The notes under the pieces are model-generated. The model was not told where the DNA came from and searched no databases. It worked only from the letters and a program-made list of their open reading frames with translations. A program made the translations under genes and the position numbers. From an uncultured virus (IMG/VR IMGVR_UViG_3300037563_000115) (lineage: Duplodnaviria > Heunggongvirae > Uroviricota > Caudoviricetes), in the IMG/VR virus record IMGVR_UViG_3300037563_000115: 20,000 bases of DNA. The stretch is one strand, 5' to 3'. Position 1 is the stretch's first letter; each line of letters opens with the position of its first letter. Positions 14,478-20,000 of the stretch are shown here, one piece after another.

Positions 14478-16897
14478 GGCTTATTTTTATACTTCTTATC
14501 TGGATTATCCACAAGGCTAATAACGTGTCCAAATGGAAATTTTTGATCCCTAGTTGTAGTTACCCAGATAGTAGAGTATGGTGGTTTTTTACACTCATTT
14601 TGATCACCATATCCATCAGTGAAAAAGCACAGAACGTCAGTCTTGAGCTTTTTATCTTTAATGTATTCAAACACAGGTTTAAATGATGTTCCTCCCCTAC
14701 CTTTAAAATTCTTATCTATCTTATTATACTTATTTAATTTGTAAGTCTTCTGAATATCAGCGTCACACTCAATCACTGTCATGGTGCCTTTATAGCAGCT
14801 TTGTATACTTTTCATTTCCGACATGAAAGCCTTAAAATCTTCATCACTAATAGAACCGCTAGTATCAATTGCAATCGTGACAGAAACAATCCGATCAGAT
14901 AACTTCCCTTTCTGCTCTTCACCAAACCTACGATTAGGACGCTTCCAACTACGTTTGAACCCCGATTTAATAGAAGCAGCTAAGAATTTTCTAAGCAGCA
15001 CTCTCCAGGAAATGACTGGAGGCTTAAGCCATTCCCCAATAGCTTCCTCAAGACCTGCTGGCAGATGCCCTTGAGACTTCATAGTAGCATCATGAGCCTC
15101 TTTAATCGCTTGCCGAATAACTTCTTTAGCCAATTCAGGGATATCCCCATTGCCTTTTTCATCTGATTGCTTATCCTTATTACTACAAATTGTAATTTTC
15201 ATTCTTCCAATCTCTTTACCATTTGGATCTTTAATAACTAATTCCATATTCCCATCAGCGTCAGTCTCGACGGAATATCTATTGGAATGCTTATTCAATT
15301 CTTTATAATAATTTTCTGAGGTATCATCATCCTTGAGATTAAGCTTAATGCCTTGCTTAGCAAATTGATCAGTGATTGATTGAACGGTGCAGCAGCCCTT
15401 GGGAAGATGCTGAATATTTCTATTACAGTTATGAGTAACTACATTATTAGCACAAAAGGTATGATCTTCAGTTTCAAGATTATATACTAGCCCTTTATAA
15501 GGAGTTTTAGTTACAGAAATAACTGGTACGATAAAATAATCTTCTAGTTCTTTCCACACACTTGTCCATAGTTTAATCTTCTTGCCATTTAAATTTCTAT
15601 ACTGTTTTTTCGCCACATACCAGCTAATCGAATATTGCTGATGTGTTCCAACGCCACTATTTTTTCCCACTTTTCCAATTGCAGCCCAGTTATTATTCCC
15701 AAGTCTTTGAATAGCTAATTGGCACTGCTGTATTAATAGTTCACTAATGGATGTTGCTATAGATCTTTTTAAACCATTCTTTTTTGAAATATAATATGAA
15801 CCATCCCCGTCAAAATATCCTTTAAGAAATGCCTTCACTAGATTAATATTCTTATGATATAAAATAAAATCAGGAATACGCTTATTAATTGCTCCATGCC
15901 CACACCACGTTTGAAAAGCTCTACCGAGAATAGAAGAATTGACAGAAACTTTCATACCCAATTCCCCTATAAAAGCAGGATTTTCCTGTGTATATTTCCC
16001 TTTTATCAATCTAGAAGAATACCCAAAGGCTTTAAAAAACTTTTGAATCTTTCTAGCATAATGTATCTCTTTAGAATGTAAGGAGAAATTAAGTCCTATG
16101 CCACCTTTAATGTTATTACTTCCATCAGCTGCATAAAAACCTAAAATCCAAGCTAAATCTTCTGTCAGTTCTAATTTCAAATCCTTTAAAGTCCCTATAA
16201 TACGGTTCCTTAAAAGAGGATCAGAATTTACAAAAGGCTTTAAATCTAACTGAGCAACATCAGTATTTGATTTTATTTTAGGTATGAGAAGATAATCATT
16301 TTCTTTAAGATCTGAAGCTTTTGTCCAGTCTGCCTCAGTTAGTTCAATTGGGTGTCGTTCATGTTTGCGTTTTATTACAAGTAAAGGATGTTCAGGAGTA
16401 ACACTTAAGGGAAGAACACTTGAAGTTTTAATTTGAAGTAAATCTCCAGTATAGTCACGTTTAAACACATAAGTAATTTTTTTGAGTTGCCCAGTTCGTC
16501 CTAAAACAAATTCTCCTTCTTTTACTTCACCAATCCTCTTATTAGGACCAAGTAAGAAAGTATCAGGAGTAAGACAATTCATATCTTGGCTAATGTTAGC
16601 TAGTGTAGCATTCTCTTTATATTCATCTCTCATACGTACAAGGTGGCCAAGGATCACATGATGACACTCGTGCTGCAACACAGCAACCGCTTCATCAACA
16701 GTAAGGGTCTCAAGAAATTTAGGATTGTAATAGAAATTGATTCTCCCATTCTCTACAGCAACCGCTTCAGTAGGAATTTGTTTAGCAAGCTCCCCAGTAC
16801 ATTCGATCTTTCGCATTTGTGATAAAAGGGAAGCATAAAAAGGCTGAGACTGAATCAATCTTATTGAAACTTTCTCCATAATTTCTAAATTACTCAT
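14474..16897 (-). CDS. DUF2201-like HExxH metallopeptidase + C-terminal vWA domain, intein-containing precursor (807 aa; about 424 aa spliced)
   Basis: YYNPKFL, LQHECHHVILGH, W..PNRR, MIDAS IDTSGSI, GRGGTSF, FFTDGYG; adjacent to MoxR ATPase. Confidence 0.88.
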   Translation of the reverse strand: MSNLEIMEKVSIRLIQSQPFYASLLSQMRKIECTGELAKQIPTEAVAVENGRINFYYNPKFLETLTVDEAVAVLQHECHHVILGHLVRMRDEYKENATLANISQDMNCLTPDTFLLGPNKRIGEVKEGEFVLGRTGQLKKITYVFKRDYTGDLLQIKTSSVLPLSVTPEHPLLVIKRKHERHPIELTEADWTKASDLKENDYLLIPKIKSNTDVAQLDLKPFVNSDPLLRNRIIGTLKDLKLELTEDLAWILGFYAADGSNNIKGGIGLNFSLHSKEIHYARKIQKFFKAFGYSSRLIKGKYTQENPAFIGELGMKVSVNSSILGRAFQTWCGHGAINKRIPDFILYHKNINLVKAFLKGYFDGDGSYYISKKNGLKRSIATSISELLIQQCQLAIQRLGNNNWAAIGKVGKNSGVGTHQQYSISWYVAKKQYRNLNGKKIKLWTSVWKELEDYFIVPVISVTKTPYKGLVYNLETEDHTFCANNVVTHNCNRNIQHLPKGCCTVQSITDQFAKQGIKLNLKDDDTSENYYKELNKHSNRYSVETDADGNMELVIKDPNGKEIGRMKITICSNKDKQSDEKGNGDIPELAKEVIRQAIKEAHDATMKSQGHLPAGLEEAIGEWLKPPVISWRVLLRKFLAASIKSGFKRSWKRPNRRFGEEQKGKLSDRIVSVTIAIDTSGSISDEDFKAFMSEMKSIQSCYKGTMTVIECDADIQKTYKLNKYNKIDKNFKGRGGTSFKPVFEYIKDKKLKTDVLCFFTDGYGDQNECKKPPYSTIWVTTTRDQKFPFGHVISLVDNPDKKYKNKP
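15428..16576 (-). mobile_element. class 1 intein with LAGLIDADG homing endonuclease (383 aa, residues 108-490)
   Basis: Cys1 CLTPDT, block B VTPEHP, LAWILGFYAADGS and FLKGYFDGDGS, block F VYNLET, terminal THN followed by Cys+1. Confidence 0.93.
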
Positions 16898-16900
16898 AAT

Positions 16901-16984
16901 CTATTCCTCATCCTCAATATAAATTTCTTCTTCAACCTCGACTGGAGGTTCATTTGGAATATTAAAATAATCTTTTAACATCAT
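16901..16984 (-). CDS. 27-aa acidic peptide, not in ORF track
   Basis: MMLKDYFNIPNEPPVEVEEEIYIEDEE fills the gap between two genes. Confidence 0.35.
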   Translation of the reverse strand: MMLKDYFNIPNEPPVEVEEEIYIEDEE

Positions 16985-16985
16985 C

Positions 16986-17291
16986 TCACTTGGCATCATT
17001 GGAATATACAATCTCCGAAAGCTCATTCAGCATATCACTTGTCAAACATTCCCCACCATGCTCATGCTTACGAGTGCAATCATAGAAAAAGGTCTTACCA
17101 TTAATGACAACTGAATCCTTTAATTCTGCTGGTAGTTCCTCATTACATTCAAGACACAATTGATACAAAACTCCATCCTTTGTTTCTTTATTTATAGTTT
17201 CTTCATGCTTGCATTGTTTACCAGAGCAATATTTCTTATGTGCTCTCTTGCTCACGATATAGCAGTCACAATTAGGACAGATTAGGTTCAT
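16986..17291 (-). CDS. Cys-rich (multi Zn-ribbon) protein
   Basis: CPNC, HKKYC, CKH, CLEC; ATG at 17291 after GGAAGGT. Confidence 0.6.
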   Translation of the reverse strand: MNLICPNCDCYIVSKRAHKKYCSGKQCKHEETINKETKDGVLYQLCLECNEELPAELKDSVVINGKTFFYDCTRKHEHGGECLTSDMLNELSEIVYSNDAK

Positions 17292-17292
17292 A

Positions 17293-17526
17293 TTATACCT
17301 TCCTTGAATATTGATAGCTTCTAACTTCATCCTCATAAATTATATCATCTTCTAAATAAAGATGAGTAATCAAAATAGAATTATACCCATTCTCAACAGG
17401 AGTTGCTGTCTTTGCATAAGTCTTAGCAAAAGTTGCAGCTTGCTTTTCTGTGCGAAATTTACCAACCTCTTTATCGTTGGTATTATAAGCACGATACGGA
17501 GCTTTTAAAACTTTTCGAGTAGTCAT
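17293..17526 (-). CDS. hypothetical protein
   Basis: ATG at 17526 after GGAGGT, directly below P5. Confidence 0.6.
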   Translation of the reverse strand: MTTRKVLKAPYRAYNTNDKEVGKFRTEKQAATFAKTYAKTATPVENGYNSILITHLYLEDDIIYEDEVRSYQYSRKV

Positions 17527-17545
17527 ATTAATTACCTCCATATTT

Positions 17546-17574
17546 AGTCTACCAGATAATGGTTATCTTGTCAA
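17546..17574 (-). promoter_or_regulatory. sigma70-type promoter P5 with palindromic spacer
   Basis: TTGACA AGATAACCATTATCTGG TAGACT; AGATAA-cca-TTATCT inverted repeat. Confidence 0.78.
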
Positions 17575-17577
17575 GAC

Positions 17578-17799
17578 CTATTTTAAATAATGCCTTCTCT
17601 GCAAAACTCTAGTAGATCTTTCTATTCCTCGCATAACAAGTTGCCTAGCTCGTTCCACACTTGTATCAATACTTTCGCCAATTTCCCGATAATTATTACC
17701 ATCTAAATACATTTTTAATATCATTCCATCACGAGAACGTAATTCACTTATCATAAGACTAATATCAAAATCCTGTTCAATTAGATTAAGATCTTCCAT
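17578..17799 (-). CDS. stand-alone sigma70 region 4-like HTH protein
   Basis: LRSRDGMILKMYLDGNNYREIGESIDTSVERARQL resembles sigma region 4.2 (TRERIRQI); GGAGGT RBS. Confidence 0.75.
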   Translation of the reverse strand: MEDLNLIEQDFDISLMISELRSRDGMILKMYLDGNNYREIGESIDTSVERARQLVMRGIERSTRVLQRRHYLK

Positions 17800-17822
17800 A
17801 TTACCTCCTCACTTTCCCTTTA

Positions 17823-17851
17823 AGTATAACAGGAGTAGATAACAATTACAA
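17823..17851 (-). promoter_or_regulatory. sigma70-type promoter P6 (weaker -35)
   Basis: TTGTAA TTGTTATCTACTCCTGT TATACT. Confidence 0.65.
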
Positions 17852-17896
17852 TGGCATAAAGGCCCTATTTTAACACTTTAAATGGGTTTTAATGCG

Positions 17897-18703
17897 TTAA
17901 TTATTCTCTTTCTTTAGATTTTCTTTGGTGGATTTATATGATTTGAGGAGGGAAGTGAGATTTTCTGTAAGAGTAGCCATAAACATCGAATACTTAGTCT
18001 GATCTTGATGCGTAATTTTATAAGAATTAATTACAGCTGAAATAAGAACTTGCTCTAAATTCTCTGCCTCTGCAAGCCAATCTTTGTCACTTTCTTTCGT
18101 CAGTTGATCATTTAAAATAGCTACTTTTTCAATAATAATACGCTGCTCTTTTCTATTTGCTAGAATAAGAGCTTCAAGCTGAGGATCAACAAAATTCGTT
18201 TGCCTTTCCTGCAACATTTTACTACGAGATTCGCAAGCGTTAAATAACGCTGTTAAAGCCTTTCTCTTATCAGCCAAGTTAATATCAGGGTCAGTAATGT
18301 TCTCAATTACATTCAGTAATTCAGGAGGAGGTGTGGCACTCTCTGTTTGTAATTTAAGTTCTTTTTTATTTTTAACATTGTGTTGTTTAAAATATTGATA
18401 AAAGGAGGAAACACTCAATGTTTTCAATTCAGGAAATTGCTCTCCGTACTTGTTTTTCATATAAGTCCAAGTAGCATTAGAGTTTTTAGCTCTCATGAAA
18501 GTTTCCATATCTTCTCTTACATCAAGGGGGAGACTTCGCAAAATTCCCTTCCCTGGTAGCCCTATTTTTCGTTTAGGAATAACTGGTTCCGAAACGGCAG
18601 GAACAGCATCGGTAACTACTTCAGGAACTACTTCAGGAACTACTTCAGGAACTACTACTGGCTGTTGTTCAGGACTTGGTTGCTGCTGATTTTCTTCGCT
18701 CAT
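17897..18703 (-). CDS. hypothetical helical protein with low-complexity N-terminus; weak resemblance to Mu gp27/DUF3486 (small-terminase-like) proteins
   Basis: ILRSLPLDVREDM...LSVSSFYQY followed by long helical region; family call tentative. Confidence 0.45.
   Translation of the reverse strand: MSEENQQQPSPEQQPVVVPEVVPEVVPEVVTDAVPAVSEPVIPKRKIGLPGKGILRSLPLDVREDMETFMRAKNSNATWTYMKNKYGEQFPELKTLSVSSFYQYFKQHNVKNKKELKLQTESATPPPELLNVIENITDPDINLADKRKALTALFNACESRSKMLQERQTNFVDPQLEALILANRKEQRIIIEKVAILNDQLTKESDKDWLAEAENLEQVLISAVINSYKITHQDQTKYSMFMATLTENLTSLLKSYKSTKENLKKENN
18614..18656. repeat. 12-bp tandem repeat (AACTACTTCAGG x3.5) encoding VVPE repeats
   Basis: directly visible. Confidence 0.9.
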
Positions 18704-19272
18704 AAATTTATCTCCAAAGCTTTTAATGTTTGTATCAACTGATTATAAATAATTTTAATCTCTCTATATGTCATTACTCCACGTTTACCAAATTGCTTAG
18801 ATATCTCAGCATAGGTAACAGTTGAATCGTGATATACAGTCATCAATATAGCTAATTGCCTATCCTGCAATTCTCTATTCAATATACCAAAGATTTCCCC
18901 TATTACTCCTTTAGGCAGTAATTTAATCTTCTCCAAGACTTCTAGGAGCTTATCAAAGGGGGCTCTCTTGTCCAAATCAGGCCAGATCACCTTATCTGCT
19001 TGATCTGGATAGGCTTTCTTATAATAGGCTTTCAAATCAGCTATTACAGCAGTTTTCACCAAATCTCCTAAACCAACATCTTGACCAAATTTATAAATAG
19101 AAAAGATTTGTTCAACTGCATTCGTAGCTACTTCTTCTATAACATTTCTCGATACATCTAAATGCCTAATCTTAGATGCAAAGTAGGTAACATTACTTAT
19201 TTGATCAAGCTTTAAAAGGGCAACCTCTTTATCTGAGGGTTTAGATCTGAGAAAGATAGAATTACGTCTCAT
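18700..19272 (-). CDS. protein with C-terminal sigma-region-4-like HTH (possible divergent sigma-like factor)
   Basis: ELQDRQLAILMTVYHDSTVTYAEISKQFG; AGGAG RBS. Confidence 0.5.
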   Translation of the reverse strand: MRRNSIFLRSKPSDKEVALLKLDQISNVTYFASKIRHLDVSRNVIEEVATNAVEQIFSIYKFGQDVGLGDLVKTAVIADLKAYYKKAYPDQADKVIWPDLDKRAPFDKLLEVLEKIKLLPKGVIGEIFGILNRELQDRQLAILMTVYHDSTVTYAEISKQFGKRGVMTYREIKIIYNQLIQTLKALEINL

Positions 19273-19275
19273 TTA

Positions 19276-19533
19276 TTACTCCTCTATTAAAGAATCTGAG
19301 GAACGCCTAATTTCTTTAGCCATAAAATTATCTATATTTCCCCTATAAGCACCTATATTCGCAGCAGAAGATAATTTTCTAATACAACCACATGAGCTTT
19401 GCCCATTCATCAAGGCAGATGCTGTTACTTCTTTCAAACTTCCACAGTCGCAATAGCATATCCAAAAACTTTTCACAGATTTTGTATATGTAACCAATCG
19501 TCCAAATCGCATACCTGCTTTAAGTTCAATCAT
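19276..19533 (-). CDS. Zn-binding domain typical of the N-terminus of phage HNH/AP2 endonucleases, without nuclease domain
   Basis: GMRFGRLV...WICYCDCG..KEV..SALMNG.SSCGC. Confidence 0.65.
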   Translation of the reverse strand: MIELKAGMRFGRLVTYTKSVKSFWICYCDCGSLKEVTASALMNGQSSCGCIRKLSSAANIGAYRGNIDNFMAKEIRRSSDSLIEE

Positions 19534-19957
19534 CCTTTGTTTTCCTATCTCTTGCAAATCCTACCAGATTAATAGGCACCCGCAATCTCTTCTGAATCTT
19601 TTTAATAGAAGCTTTGAGAGAAGCAGGAATGAGGCTCTGATTGCAGCCCAGAGAAGCTGCAATGTCTTTTTCCCCCAAATTATAAATATAACGTTGTACC
19701 CAGATATTAAATTGATTTGATGTTAATACCTGAGATGCAGCCTTAAATACTTTTCTCAAAAGTTTCTCTTGCCTTCGTACAGCGTAACGACGAAGGGCAG
19801 GATCACTTCTCTGTTGAATAAGAACAGCATTATCTTGAGCAACTTTTTCAAGTCCCTCATGAGTCATGCTTATTTCTATATAATCGACATTTTTAGGAGT
19901 CTCAATTTCAGCATTTGCTTTCTCAGTTTCTTTAAGCTTCAGTTGCTTTTTCTTCAT
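19526..19957 (-). CDS. sigma70 region 4-like HTH protein
   Basis: LTSNQFNIWVQRYIYNLGEKDIAASLGCNQSLIPASLKASIKKIQ; GGAG RBS. Confidence 0.7.
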   Translation of the reverse strand: MKKKQLKLKETEKANAEIETPKNVDYIEISMTHEGLEKVAQDNAVLIQQRSDPALRRYAVRRQEKLLRKVFKAASQVLTSNQFNIWVQRYIYNLGEKDIAASLGCNQSLIPASLKASIKKIQKRLRVPINLVGFARDRKTKDD

Positions 19958-20000
19958 AACAAATCTCCAAGAATCTCAAATTGTCTGGTTTAAATTTATG

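Noticed and set aside
10659..16903. Possible TAG recoding: TAG stops at 10659, 13086 and 16901 are in frame with the next gene
   Set aside because: Each downstream ATG has its own SD, and the long enzymes (807, 399, 376, 352 aa) are intact under the standard code with no internal TAG
1833..17851. Dispersed AGTATA...TGTCAAG repeats as CRISPR repeats or att/IS ends
   Set aside because: They are kilobases apart with variable cores and are fully explained as -10/-35 promoter boxes
17854..17895. Imperfect inverted repeat GCATAAAGGCCC...GGGTTTTAATGC as a terminator
   Set aside because: Several mismatches on the transcribed strand and no U-tract; too weak to call
1215..19993. All plus-strand ORFs in the track
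   Set aside because: They lie antisense to well-supported, tightly packed minus-strand genes and show no recognisable motifs
1..20000. tRNA or other known ncRNA genes
   Set aside because: No T-loop/cloverleaf signature noticed, and after adding small ORFs no intergenic gap is long enough; tRNAscan/Infernal not run

Overview
AT-rich, densely packed, entirely minus-strand segment of what looks like a large bacteriophage genome (accessory/early region; standard genetic code, GGAGG-type RBSs, many ATGA/TAATG overlaps). Recognisable genes: HD-Pnk end-healing enzyme and T4 Rnl1-like RNA ligase (probable RNA repair pair), NDT-fold protein, SLT-family muramidase, DEDDh exonuclease, Zn-dependent deaminase, and a MoxR-type AAA+ ATPase paired with a DUF2201-like HExxH metallopeptidase/vWA protein interrupted by a 383-aa LAGLIDADG intein. 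Also present: six near-consensus sigma70-type promoters (three using the upstream gene's TGA as part of TTGACA, two apparently leaderless), three sigma-region-4-like HTH proteins, a four-member C(x)xCGHxxxxH Zn-finger microprotein family, several homing-endonuclease remnants and one strong intergenic hairpin. No tRNA, rRNA or CRISPR array was seen. All family assignments come from motif recognition by eye, not database searches.
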